A program made the translations under genes and the position numbers. The notes beneath the pieces are model-generated. The model ran no database searches and was not told the origin of the DNA. It saw nothing but the letters and a program-made list of their open reading frames with translations. DNA of 64,000 nt from Eukaryota sp. TZLM1-RC (taxonomy: Eukaryota; Protista; Metamonada: BaSk clade): contig JAUPSS010000007.1 in assembly GCA_040285825.1 (NCBI GenBank), forward strand, positions 706,501 through 770,500, written 5' to 3'. Shown here one piece after another: positions 23,510 through 36,100 of this stretch (positions are counted from its first letter, which is position 1; each line of letters opens with the position of its first letter).

Positions 23510-25332
23510 TGGCTATGGGTGATCAATATTTCGAATTATTTCATCCAAAGTTAATTTGAGTTAATTTCAGCTTAAATAATACACAATGGTCTGGTTGACG
23601 TCCTCAAATAGAGTAAAAGATCATGTATGTCATCTACTTCTGTAGTTTTTGTGGCAATATGCGTTCTACATGATTTCTGCCATATGTTTATTTGGTATAA
23701 GCTTCCTTCGTGATGAATGCTGACCTACATGAACACGACTGAGCATCCACTTTAATATTAACATCCTACTGTCTTTATATTCGTGTGTACATTTGGCTCT
23801 CTTAATCACTTGTCATAATGATTCATGTCTTTTCCAATATGGCTCTTGTCAACCACAGCTCATTTATCGTTGGGCACCAGCATTAACATTTTCAGAGTTT
23901 CTTGTTCCATGTCATATTTTTCTTAAAGTTTTACAAATTGGCATATAGAATAATCATCTAACTGATCTATTTGCACAAACAACTTAGGTCGGCCGACATA
24001 ATTTGTTGCCACATGCTGAAATCATTTGCTTTATTACAATTTGATGTTATTTTACTGCCGAAATCATGCTTGATTGCTAGTCATATTCCCATTGGGTCTT
24101 TGTCCAAACATAACAATTTGCTGAACTTTCTTATAGACCTTGTTCCAACAAGTGATTTCACACGCAATGTTCACTATATCTTTGTAGATTCTTTACCCCT
24201 TGCCAATTTAACCTATTTTCAACCAAAGCAGTGTAAAGCTGTCAAAACTTTGAATTGTTTTCTAATGATACTTTTTTGAAGGTCCAAATTCAAAACAAAA
24301 TTAATTAATCTATTAAACCATTAAATGATCTATTAAAACCACAATTCATTGAGTGAACTCTTCATGTTAACCTCACTTTTTAGTTGAATTAAAAATTGAT
24401 TGAATCTCACAAGTAATTATGAAGAACTTCTTACTGAAAATATTCCATATTTTTTGATCAATTTTTTTTGTCAGTAGAACAAACTGATTTAATTTTGTGA
24501 ATGTTTATAATTTCTTCTATAATGAAGCTTAAAGATGGGTATTACAATGTGGTCAAATTAAATGTTGGAAAAGGGAACATTTTCTTGATCGTACTTGGAC
24601 TCAACCATTTAAAAACAAGCCTTTTGTTCATACAGAGTCTATTAATTGTGAGTAATTTGCATAAAGAGAGAAACAACAAAAAGGAACAAGTGAAACTTTA
24701 ATTGCTGTATAATTAAAAGAAAAATGTGTGATCGTTGAAACAAGGCCACTGTTACGTATCATCATTGTGTGTGCTGCTGTGAAAGTCACATTTTAGCTGG
24801 TTCCGGTTGCTGTTTCCTTGTTTGGAACGATGTAAATATCTAGTTTAACCTTTGTTGAAAATACTAGATGATTGTTAAAAGAAAGAGCAGGAAAAGAATT
24901 AATGCTAAATTATTAACACATTCGAATTGTTTTCCATATCTTAAAATATGACTTGTGATTCGAAAATATAAGAAATTTCTCAAGTTGTTTCACAGGATTT
25001 CCTTATTTGACCCGTCAAGTAATGCTCAAGTTGCTCAACGATTCAGTTTTTTGAATTTGTCTCATGATTTGTTTTTGACTTTTGAGTTTTGTCCTTGAGC
25101 CAGTATTCTTTTTTCAAATGTTTAATATAAACAAGCAATACAATAATATTAATGTTGAAAGAGTTTTTAGTCCATAAAAACTGTTTTTGGATAATTATGA
25201 TCTCTACCTGGCAGTAAAGTTGCTGAAACAAGAAAAATTCTCATAAAATGCACTTCGGTTTGAGTCCAACGACGGAACCCAGAGATAAGTATTTTCCTTT
25301 GAAGTTTGAAGAGTTATACATCCAATAATTCT

Positions 25333-25470
25333 GTTGCAACGATTATCAATAATTTTAAAGAATCGATGCACCTAATACACGATTTGAAATCAGGTACTCT
25401 AAGGCCGAGACATTGGGACAGTCCAATGGGAGCTACATGCCAGGATTTTCGATGTAGATGGTAAGTTTCA
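25333..25470 (+). pseudogene. Isolated dynein heavy-chain fragment (linker/DHC_N2 region)
   Basis: VATIINNFKESMHLIHDLKSGTLRPRHWDSPMGAT fits the dynein F..S.PL..DL....LR.RHW..L...T motif. Confidence 0.7.
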
Positions 25471-27263
25471 CAATTCAATTACACACATACGCTTCAAATA
25501 TATATAACGAGAGTGAAATCTTGAATGGGTCAAAGATGTTGTTGGTTGAAATCATGTATGGCAAAAGGTCTAATAGAACAGACTCCTTTGGAAGGATAGT
25601 GCAAAACTCACTGTAAGGCACGATTTTGAACCAGTATAATTATTCTGATTAACAACGTTTCAGAAATTTTTAATACACTAATTAATCACCTTTTGTATGG
25701 TAATTTTGTCGAATTATAGGGTTGCCCATGGTATGATCAGCAATAACGTTATATTGCAATGTAATTGTACTGCATCATGATCCAGCCAGTTGGAGGTTAG
25801 AAAAAAATAAATTAATAAACAATTTCGTCAACACAAAACTTCTTCTTGAACTTCAAAACACTGTCATTGAAGTATTTGTGACAATAAACTCATTCTTTAT
25901 AAGAACCAAGCGCATTGTATATTGTGCAAATGTTCCCAAAACTGATGCTCACATGACATTCAGAAATGAATGATAAGCTGATAATTATAGTTCACACTCG
26001 TGGCATTGAATATTGGAAAATACTAATGCACACATTTATCTGTAGTTAATCACGTATAACTGGTTTAACCCTTTACAACTTAGTTCTGAATCTGAATATG
26101 AGAACAATTAAAGCAAAAACTTAATAGGTTGTTTTGTACGAAAAAGCTGCGACACAGTTAACAGATAATTATGATGAACTAATTCAGTAATTCAGCAACT
26201 GAATGAATCATGAAATAAAACTACGACTTCGACCATAAGGTTATGATGATCACACCAATTGCAGAACAATCATTTGGGGATCAATTTGATGTACTTTACT
26301 AAAAGATTTACAACAACTTTGAAGGACCTATTATATTTGCCAACTGAAAAGTATAATGAGCATTTAAATTTATAAAATTATGTTTATTCAAATATCCAGC
26401 CAATTTAGATCAAAATTTTGTGAAATTAAAATCAATTTTGTATACAACTACATGGCAAAATTTTTTGAATCAGATCATACAACATAACGAAATTGAAAGC
26501 TGCTCAATTTGCTTCGATCGACATTGTTGTGATTTCTTTTTTCTTCAACCAGTTCATGTATCTAACAACATGGTTGTTCCGAACATCACTTGAAAGACTC
26601 TATGCACATTACCATTCAGTGTTGATGATTACAAAATGGTGAAGAGTCTAACCAAGATAGAACATTGTATTCAATGATTCGTATGGATATGAGCCATTGA
26701 AGCCAGTCAACATCAGCCAATACTTTTGTATTCAGCCTTGAAGTATTATAATTTTCCCCTTTTGTGTAGTAAATTTCAATTAGGCATCTAAGCATGATTA
26801 ACATTAAACTGGATTTGTTGTTCCAAATTTTGTGGAGGATTGTCAATCTATACTGCAGGTCTTGTCAATTTACTAATTTGTCAAAATATAATTTTACAAT
26901 CACTTCAGAATTTTATTATATTTAATTATACAAATAAAAATATCTCAAATTCAAAATTTTGAATTTTAAAATCATTGATCCCCAACAATTCACTTTGCAA
27001 GACTCCTAGACCATCATGCTGACAATTCTTAAAATACTTTACAGCAGTAGGCATTAATTGACATGATTTGCTGTGTTATAACGATTAACACCAAAATCTC
27101 AGCTGAGGTCTCTAAACTATTGGTAGTTCAATGAGGCTTGCAAAACTCGAAATCGGCGTAGCAATGATGCTATCGTTTCTAGTTCCTCTTCTGATGCTGA
27201 CCGTTTCGTTATTTAAGCTTTGGTACAATCAATAATGAAATCTCCTCCTGTAACATATGGAAC

Positions 27264-27995
27264 CTAAACTGGACATTGAAGCTCACGTTCCAGGGCTCTC
27301 TTTTTGGCCAACAAGAACTTCACTCTCTCTTGCCTTGCCTCTGCTGCATAGATCTCTTGCATGTTACGTTCATGAATTTCCAATAACTTATCACTATTGC
27401 AAAGCAAAACAACTGCGAATCCGATGAAACTGCCGATGAGAATCCATCCAATGGTTTCCACATCTAACCTAAATGGTTGCACTAATTCATTGTGCAGAAT
27501 CTGGAGGTTATCCCAAGTTTCGCTGAGTGTATCAGGTAGATTCACTAGTCGGTGAGTGCAATCTGTGGAACTTCTGGAACAGAATACAGCTATCAGGTTC
27601 ATTACCTCGTACCAACTGCAGAGATTGCATAAACTTTGGCGAAAATCAGCAGCTCGTCCTAGGGATATTTGTGGTTTCTCGAAGCAAGAAGGTTTCCAGT
27701 TCCATTCCACGCCACTTCTTGTAGTATGTATCACTCCTACTACTCTTGGTATTCGTGTCATCAGAATAGCTACATCAATGGTGTGGTTAAGGTTTTGATG
27801 ACTTGCAAAAGAATGAAGCAGAATCTTCCATTCATCATCATGGTACATATTCTCCATACCAAGGTGTCTATTTTCACAAGCGGAGGGATGACAACGTTGA
27901 ATGAAAAGATAGACATTCTGTCTTTCAGATGGAGCTAGTAAAGAAGAACTTACAACACCAAGGAGAAGAAAGAGAATCGCCAAAGGGTATAGCAT
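27264..27995 (-). CDS. Orphan predicted type I membrane protein, 243 aa
   Basis: Signal-peptide-like N-terminus MLYPLAILFLLLGVVSS, Cys-rich ectodomain, hydrophobic segment IGWILIGSFIGFAVVLLC, charged tail. Intact in both arms. Confidence 0.7.
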   Translation of the reverse strand: MLYPLAILFLLLGVVSSSLLAPSERQNVYLFIQRCHPSACENRHLGMENMYHDDEWKILLHSFASHQNLNHTIDVAILMTRIPRVVGVIHTTRSGVEWNWKPSCFEKPQISLGRAADFRQSLCNLCSWYEVMNLIAVFCSRSSTDCTHRLVNLPDTLSETWDNLQILHNELVQPFRLDVETIGWILIGSFIGFAVVLLCNSDKLLEIHERNMQEIYAAEARQERVKFLLAKKRALERELQCPV

Positions 27996-28179
27996 TAATG
28001 TTAGAAATGAGCAGTCGATGTGACCATAAATAGAAATATATGATTGTCAGTCATCAATCAGATTGATTGGCAATCAGTTTTGGATTTGTCAAATTCCAAA
28101 GTATCTTTTCTTCAAGACAACCACTAGAAATACAATTCATTTGATTTTTACTGCTAATAATTTCTTAATTACACCACTA

Positions 28180-29566
28180 TGTTGGCGCCCTAAGGCTTAT
28201 ATGTTATGATTAGAAAATAAATCAACTTTTCCTCATGGACTTCTCTTTACTACAATAGACTTTAGGCAACAATAGTTATTGGCCATTTTAAAGTCAAAGG
28301 GTATACCATAACTTCAGCACTTTACTAGTAAACATCCCCAGAAACCAGAAACCTTTACAGCATGTCAGACATCTTTCAGCAAAATATCTCTGACCCCAAT
28401 TCCTCACCTAACATGCAGCAACAGGAACCAGAAACACATACACATATACATAGAAAAGAGGGTAACGAGGCAACGAACCCGGATCCCACCTCTTCCTCCC
28501 TAAAAGTAGAAGAAGATGAAAGAGTGGCCAAGGTCCCTCCATCTTCAGTCATAAAAGAGGTTACGAGAACGGACCCGGCTCCCTCTCCCCTCAAGAATAC
28601 AGAATTGTCCTCGGTGGCAACGAGAACGGACCCGTCTCCCTCTCCCCTCCCAATTATAGAATCTGTCTCAAAGGGAACGGATGGAAATCCCACCTTAAAC
28701 ACGTCTTCCCCACTAGGAGAGTATGAAGAAATTCAATCTCAATTAGATGAGATGGAAGGAGAAGACAACTCCAGTGATGGATTCTACAAACTCTTAACAA
28801 GGACGCGGAGCCTTACCTCGAATCAATGGACTTGTATCCATTCAAGCAGCTCCCTCCTTTATGGAGCCAAACACAAAAAAGTCGACTACATACGAGGTTA
28901 CGAGTAAAGATTCCACCTCCACTGTTATTGTAATACAATGCAAAGATACGGTTCTTGCTCCTCTGATATTTTTAGTCGTAAAGCCTGTACTTTAACAACA
29001 GAAGACGCCGCCTTCAGGTTTCTGAGGTTTGTTACTTTGCTTACTGTTGTTCTTGATCCAACATAGACCCTGCATAATCATCAGCGAATCCATTCTTCGA
29101 TTCCATGATACCTTTACTAAACGACATTACCACGTTACTCGTTTACGAAAAAGGGAAGAAACAGAGCGTCTTCATGTAACGATTAAAACATACACAACAA
29201 AGTATTCAAACACATAGATCTTGGAACGAGGCACTTTTCAGTTATTGCTTACTATTTTATACTAACATTATTGCAGGAAAGTCATAGTACATCAATTGTC
29301 GATCTTAAAAAGATTAAACCGGTGTTTGCGTGAATCCCAATCACTGCAAAGATAATAGACAATAGAAAACATCAGAATTTGGTATTGAGTTCTTAGTAGT
29401 TATTTAGTTATTTGTTCATAGTTTTAGTTTCATATTCATATAAGCTGATTTATTTTGAAAAAGGGAAGAAGCAGTGTTGGCGCCCTAAGGCTTATATGTT
29501 ATGACTAGAAAATAAATCAACTTTTCCTCATTGACTTCTCTTTACTACAATAGACTTTAGGCAACA
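28180..29566 (+). mobile_element. TRIM (non-autonomous derivative of the family B lineage), single copy
   Basis: 92-bp LTRs at 28180-28271 and 29475-29566 sharing ends with the family B LTR; TSD ACTA; PPT. The interior is the gag 5' region plus a decayed integrase segment. Confidence 0.95.
28362..28907 (+). CDS. 181-aa truncated Gag N-terminal peptide of the TRIM
   Basis: Highly similar to the N-terminus of the 18197-19678 ORF (TRTDPAPSPL repeats, GEYEEIQSQLDEMEGED), then frameshifts. Confidence 0.5.
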   Translation: MSDIFQQNISDPNSSPNMQQQEPETHTHIHRKEGNEATNPDPTSSSLKVEEDERVAKVPPSSVIKEVTRTDPAPSPLKNTELSSVATRTDPSPSPLPIIESVSKGTDGNPTLNTSSPLGEYEEIQSQLDEMEGEDNSSDGFYKLLTRTRSLTSNQWTCIHSSSSLLYGAKHKKVDYIRGYE

Positions 29567-30651
29567 ACTAACCAGCTGATTTAATTTCATTATTGTTGAT
29601 GATCTTTGAAGTGTTATAGTTTAACTGAAATTGTGATTCATATTAGTTGTGTGAAAACGAGAAGATCGAGGGAGTATGCAAACGTTGCTATTGTAATGCA
29701 GAAGTATGAGGTTACTGCATTTGAATTTCTTTTGAGCTTCAAGAATGTTGAAGTTTAGAATAAAATCAGTAAATTATATGCCATGTTTTGTCATGTTACC
29801 ACAATCTGTAACCCACAATAAATCATTGAAATTTGAATAAACATTGTGAGTTATTTAATTTTAATCTTGTTTGAGTGGGTCAATTCTACAAATTGTAAAT
29901 GAAAGTTCGTTTTAGATGAAAAATTTGTGATTTATTGTTGTACCAATTCACAACTTGCTAAATTGGGTTTAGATTCCAACTTCTTTAGTGACATGAACTC
30001 AGACAGCTATATTGAGCTTTGGAATGTTTTAGATCGTATTCTCTGTATTTTCTTCGTTCAATTTATTAGTTTACAACGTGTTGTCATAGCACAAAGAACA
30101 GAACTATCAATATCACAATCAAGCTGGTATATATGAAAATACTGAAGTTTCAATATGATTCATTCATAACTCCAACTCACTTCGCATGACAACAATTTCC
30201 TTGAAACATTGAGAAATGTTCATTATCAAAGCATCAACATCGTCTATTGATCCACTATTCCATGTTTTGGCAAACTCAGGTTTGAAGTGCTCATGCTTGG
30301 CAATATGCAAATTTCATTATCACCGAACAAGGCAGTAATCAACAATTTGGTATTAGGCTGTACGGGTATTTTGGATAAAATACCCGTACGGTTTGATGGT
30401 GTGGAAGCTTGTTTTGAAGATATTGACTTTTAGACTGTAGAAAATAATAAATTAAAATTATTGAAAAAAAATTAGAATCAAGCTTGTTTTATTGAAATCA
30501 TGACTTTATACGGATTTCATTTCCATCCAACAATATGTTTGTTTGCTTGTAGTAGGATGGGATTGTAGTACTACATGCACATTTTCCTGTAGAGCTTGAA
30601 ATTAGAAGCTATTACTTGTCAAGGATACACAGAAAATACTAATCTAAATAT

Positions 30652-31640
30652 TTGTGTAAAGCTGCATTTATTGGTGGAGGCAAAAATTTCATTTTCGATT
30701 TTTCGAAACGTTTTCCTGAAAACCAATGTTTAATAGAACATTGTGTTAGTGACTATTTAGTGCTTTTGCAGAATGAAATTGAAAGCTTCTCACCTCACAT
30801 CAGGTCCAAATGCTTTTCCTGCCGATATTCAAGAAATTCCACCCAGAAATTTGGTTTCCTCAAAATTTGAATACGCCTAATTGCAGAAAAAGATATTAAA
30901 AGTTGTTGAAAACTTGTAATTTGTCGTTGTGGTCAGCTTATTAATTTGAATCATTTATTCGATTGCTAATTTAATATTACATATCGCTCAGTTGTTCATG
31001 ATGCTGTTACAGAGCAACTGAATGCCATGTGTAAAAGCCACCCTATTGAAACTTTTGTTGAACCATATGTGTGTAAATTGTCACCTGAAAAGGAAGATGG
31101 TAATACTTTCGGGAAACGCGGTGCTGATTTAATTACTCCTGGGTCTGATGGTGTGATCAAAGTTGTTGATGTTGTCACTGTTGATGTTTGTAAGAATTCA
31201 GCAATTGATTTTGCTAAGAAAGATGAAACTCCAGTTTGCTTTGCTGAAACGAGCAAAAAAAGTACAAGGAGCCCTTATCTCAGCCTGGGTGTGTTGAGCA
31301 TGTGAAGTATGAGCTGGTTCCTTTTGCTGTTTCTCTTTTTGGTGACATTGAAATATCTGGTATTAAATTTCATGAAGGTTTCAGATGTTTAATAAAGGAT
31401 AGAGCAGAAAAAGAGTTGAACTTTAATTTCTGGCACAATAGAATTGTTTTCAGTATACTTGAAGCAATTCCCGAAATGATAACCAAAGTACTGTTACAAT
31501 TAGGAATAGAGTATGAGAATCGCGCATTGAAGAGGTTTGATGATGTTGATACATGTATTGAGGATATTGAGTTCTAGTTTTTTTGTTTGGTTATTTTGTT
31601 TGCGTTTCAAAATAAATATTTTTGAAAAAAGAAAAAGAAA
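30652..31640 (+). mobile_element. Degenerate RLE-type non-LTR remnant in the palindrome spacer
   Basis: KAAFIGG, VHDAV, VEP, RGADL, VVDV, YELVPFAVSLFG and FWHNRIVFSI, with frameshifts; A-rich tail at ~31625-31643. Confidence 0.78.
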
Positions 31641-31845
31641 AAATTGATAAATAAATATTAAGATTTATGATTATGTATTAAGATTGATTGATTGAAGTTT
31701 GATTTCAGTTGTTGGGTTAAACAACTTGACGAGTTGATCTGTCATCTCTAAAGCCCATGTACAAAGATGCAAGACATCTGCATGTTAACTGTATCCTTGC
31801 GGTAGATGGACATGACCTCTTTACAGTTCATTTTCTGTACTTCTC

Positions 31846-32484
31846 ATGAAGAACAAACATCTATCATCAGCCTTGGCACCAATCGTGGCTCTTATAATTG
31901 TTGGTGCTACTGTTTTCCTATTGATGGGCGGAAAAGACAAGGTCATTGTTCAACAACAACGTTTTGTAGCTCTGACAGGACAGGATGAATATCATGCATA
32001 CGACCTGGAACGATTCATCCACGGAAACTTCAAGCTAGGGATGTTTTACGATGGACAGGGAATAACATATCACAATGCCCCTGAATGTCTCAAAATGTAC
32101 ATGGATGCTGATGTGCTTAGTGAGAGATTGATTGTACCTAAAGGACTAAACAGCATTGGGCAGAATATCCATGGTCACAAGGTATAAAGAACTATCCTCT
32201 CATCACAGACATGTGCAGTTTATCAGCAACAAGCCGAAGATGGAGACTTTCGTCAGTGGTGCTTGTCAGATGATGGATTCTTATTACAATACTGCCGGTT
32301 CAATGGTGCGTTGACATGTATGACGTTCACTGAACACGAAGTTGTCAAGAAAGACCATTCAGTGTATTCACTGTGGTCATGGTGTAACACTGTTAATTCA
32401 GAAGCAATGGATATTGAAGACGGCATTAGTTACGAAGAAGAGGTTCATATTGAACACATGTTGTCCAGAAAACTTCGACGTTAG
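31846..32484 (+). pseudogene. N-terminally anchored Cys-containing protein (~212 codons) with one in-frame TAA
   Basis: ORFs 31846-32187 and 32263-32484 are the same frame; hydrophobic N-terminus LAPIVALIIVGATVFLLM. Confidence 0.6.
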
Positions 32485-33120
32485 CTTTGTTAACATTGAA
32501 TAAAAACTTGCGTTTGTTCCAAGTTTTATCAAACCGCAAGCACAAAGACTTTGGTTTAGTTACAAGCAATTTATTAAATTTATAATTTTGATAAGGCAGC
32601 GGTATGTACTATAAAGAAGTTTAAAAAACTAAAAACTAAAAAAAAAAAAAAAACGTAAAAGATGTTATTGGATAAGACTGTCTGAGTTCATGTCACTAAA
32701 GAAGTTGGAATCTAAACCCAATTTAGCAAGTTGTGAATTGGTACAACAATAAATCACAAATTTTTCATCTAAAACGAACTTTCATTTACAATTTGTAGAA
32801 TTGACCCACTCAAACAAGATTAAAATTAAATAACTCACAATGTTTATTCAAATTTCAATGATTTATTGTGGGTTACAGATTGTGGTAACATGACAAAACA
32901 TGGCATATAATTTACTGATTTTATTCTAAACTTCAACATTCTTGAAGCTCAAAAGAAATTCAAATGTAGTAACCTCATACTTCTGCATTACAATAGCAAC
33001 GTTTGCATACTCCCTCGATCTTCTCGTTTTCACACAACTAATATGAATCACAATTTCAGTTAAACTATTTAAACACTTCAAAGATCATCAACAATAATGA
33101 AATTAAATCAGCTGGTTAGT

Positions 33121-36100
33121 TGTTGCCTAAAGTCTATTGTAGTAAAGAGAAGTCAATGAGGAAAAGTTGATTTATTTTCTAGTCATAACATATAAGCCTT
33201 AAAAGCGCCAACACTGCTTCTTCCCTTTTTCAAAATACATCAGCTTATATGAATATAAAACTAAAACTATGAACAAATAACTAAATAACTATAACTACTA
33301 AGAACTTAATACCAAATTCTGATGTTTCCTATTGTCTATTATCTTTGCAGTGATTGGGATTCACACAAACACCGGTTTAACCTTTTCAGATCGACAATTG
33401 ATGTACTATGACTTTCCTGCAATAATGTTAGTATAAAATAGTAAGCAATAACTGAAAAGGGCCTCGTTCCAAGATCTATGTGTTTGAATACTTTGTTGTG
33501 TATGTTTTAATCGCTACATGAAGACGCTCTGTTTCTTCCCTTTTTCGTAAACGAGTAACGTGGTAGTGTCGTTTAGTAAAGGTATCATGGAATCGAAGAA
33601 TGGATTCGCTGATGATTATGCAGGGTCTATGTTGGATCAAGAACAACAGTAAGCAAAGTAACAAACCTCAGAAACCTGAAGGCGGCGTCTTCTGTTGTTA
33701 AAGTATTGGCTTTACGACTAAAAATATCAAAGGAGCAAGAACCGTATCTTTGCATTGTAATACAATTACAGTGGAGGTGGAATCTTTACTCGTAACCTCG
33801 TATGTAGTCGACTTTTTTGTGTTTGGCTCCATAAAGGAGGGAGCTGCTTGAATGGATACAAGTCCATTGATTCGAGGTAAGGCTCCGCGTCCTTGTTAAG
33901 AGTTTGTAGAATCCATCACTGGAGTTGTCTTCTCCTTCCATCTCATCTAATTGAGATTGAATTTCTTCATACTCTCCTAGTGGGGAAGACGTGTCTAAGG
34001 TGGGATTTCCATCCGTTCCCTTTGAGACAGATTCTATAATTGGGAGGGGAGAGGGAGACGGGTCCGTTCTCGTTGCCTCCGAGGACAATTCTGTATTCTT
34101 GAGGGGAGAGGGAGCCGGGTCCGTTCTCGTTACCTCATCTGTTTCTTCTTTTTCTTGAGGGGAGAGGGAGCCGGGTCCGTTCTCGTAACCTCTTTTATGA
34201 CTGAAGATGGAGGGACCTTGGCCACTCTTTCATCTTCTTCTACTTTTAGGGAGGGAGGTGGGATCCGGGTTCGTTGCCTCGTTACCCTCTTTATTATGTA
34301 TATGTGTATGTGTTTTTGGTTCCTGTTGCTGCATGTTAGGTGAGGAATTGGGGTCAGAGATATCTTGCTGAAAGATGTCTGACATGCTGTAAAGGTTTCT
34401 GGTTTCTGGGGATGTTTACTAGTAAAGTGCTGAAGTTATGGTATACCCTTTGACTTTAAAATGGCCAATAACTATTGTTGCCTAAAGTCTATTGTAGTAA
34501 AGAGAAGTCAATGAGAAAAAGTTGATTTATTTTCTAATCATAACATATAAGCCTTAGGCCGCCAGCACTGCTTCTTCCCTTTTCAAAATACATCAGCTTA
34601 TATGAATATAAAACTAAAACTATGAACAAATAACTAAATTACTATAACTACTAAGAACTAAATACCAAATTCTGATGTTTCCTATTGTCTATTATCTTTG
34701 CAGTGATTGGGATTCACACAAACACCGGTTTAACCTTTTCAGATCGACAATTGATGTACTATGACTTTCCTGCAATAATGTTAGTATAAAATAGTAAGCA
34801 ATAACTGAAAAGGGCCTCGTTCCAAGATCTATGTGTTTGAATACTTTGTTGTGTATGTTTTAATTGCTACATGAAGACGCTCTGTTTCTTCCCTTTTCGT
34901 AAACGAGTAACGTGGTAGTGTCGTTTAGTAAAGGTATCATGGAATCGAAGAATGGATTCGTTGATGATTATGCAGGGTCTATGTTGGATCAAGAACAACA
35001 GTAAGCAAAGTAACAAACCTCAGAAACCTGAAGGCGGCGTCTTCTGTTGTTAAAGTATTGGCTTTACGACTAAAAATATCAGAGGAGCAAGAACCGTATC
35101 TTTGCATTGTAATACAATTACAGTGGAGGTGGAATCTTTACTCGTAACCTCGTATGTAGTCGACTTTTTTGTGTTTGGCTCCATAAAGGAGGGAGCTGCT
35201 TGAATGGATACAAGTCCATTGATTCGAAGAATGGCTCCGCGTCCTTGTTAAGAGTTTGTAGAATCCATCACTGGAGTTGTCTTCTCCTTCCATCTCATCT
35301 AATTGAGATTGAATTTCTTCATACTCTCCTAGTGGGGAAGACATGTCTAAGATGGGATTTCCATCCGTTCCCTTTGAGACAGATTCTATAATTGGGAGGG
35401 GAGAGGGAGACGGGTCCGTTCTCGTTGCCTCCGAGGACAATTCTGTATTCTTGAGGGGAGAGGGAGGCGGGTCCGTTCTCGTTACCTCATCTGTTTCTTC
35501 TTTTTCTTGAGGGGAGAGGGAGCCGGGTCCGTTCTCGTAACCTCATCTGTTTCTTCTTTTTCTTGAGGCGAGAGGGAGCCGGGTCCGTTCTCGTAACCTC
35601 TTTTATGACTGAAGATGGAAGGACCTTGGCCACTCTTTCATCTTCTTCTACTTTTAGGGAGGGGGAGGTGGGATCCGGGTTCGTTGCCTCGTTACCCTCT
35701 TTATTATGTATATGTGTATGTGTTTTTGGTTCCTGTTGCTGCATGTTAGGTGAGGAATTGGGGTCAGAGATATCTTGCTGAAAGATGTCTGACATGCTGT
35801 AAAGGTTTCTGGTTTCTGGGGATGTTTACTAGTAAAGTGCTGAAGTTATGGTATACCCTTTGACTTTAAAATGGCCAATAACTATTGTTGCCTAAAGTCT
35901 ATTGTAGTAAAGAGAAGTCAATGAGGAAAAGTTGATTAATTTTCTAATCATAACATATAAGCCTTAGGCCGCCAACACTGCTTCTTCCCTTTTCAAAATA
36001 CATCAGCTTATATGAATATAAAACTAAAACTATGAACAAATAACTAAATTACTATAACTACTAAGAACTAAATACCAAATTCTGATGTTTCCTATTGTCT

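Larger units (their letters stand above)
21381..30006. repeat. Left arm of a large inverted duplication
   Basis: Reverse-complement match to 32678-56546, including the ORF sets, the TRIM insertion site and 29567-30006 vs 32678-33120. Confidence 0.96.

Noticed and set aside
29029-29217. 62-aa 'MLLCLLLFLIQ...' ORF repeated in TRIM units as a secreted peptide
   Set aside because: It starts at TTG, overlies decayed integrase sequence and is broken in several units; its recurrence only reflects the repeat.
6591-32187. Alternative genetic code suggested by in-frame TAA/TAG/TGA stops, including a TAA shared by two RLE copies (R*P)
   Set aside because: The stops are of all three types and align with different residues. 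The Gln-rich 555-aa and 850-aa ORFs contain no internal stops, so the standard code plus decay is simpler.
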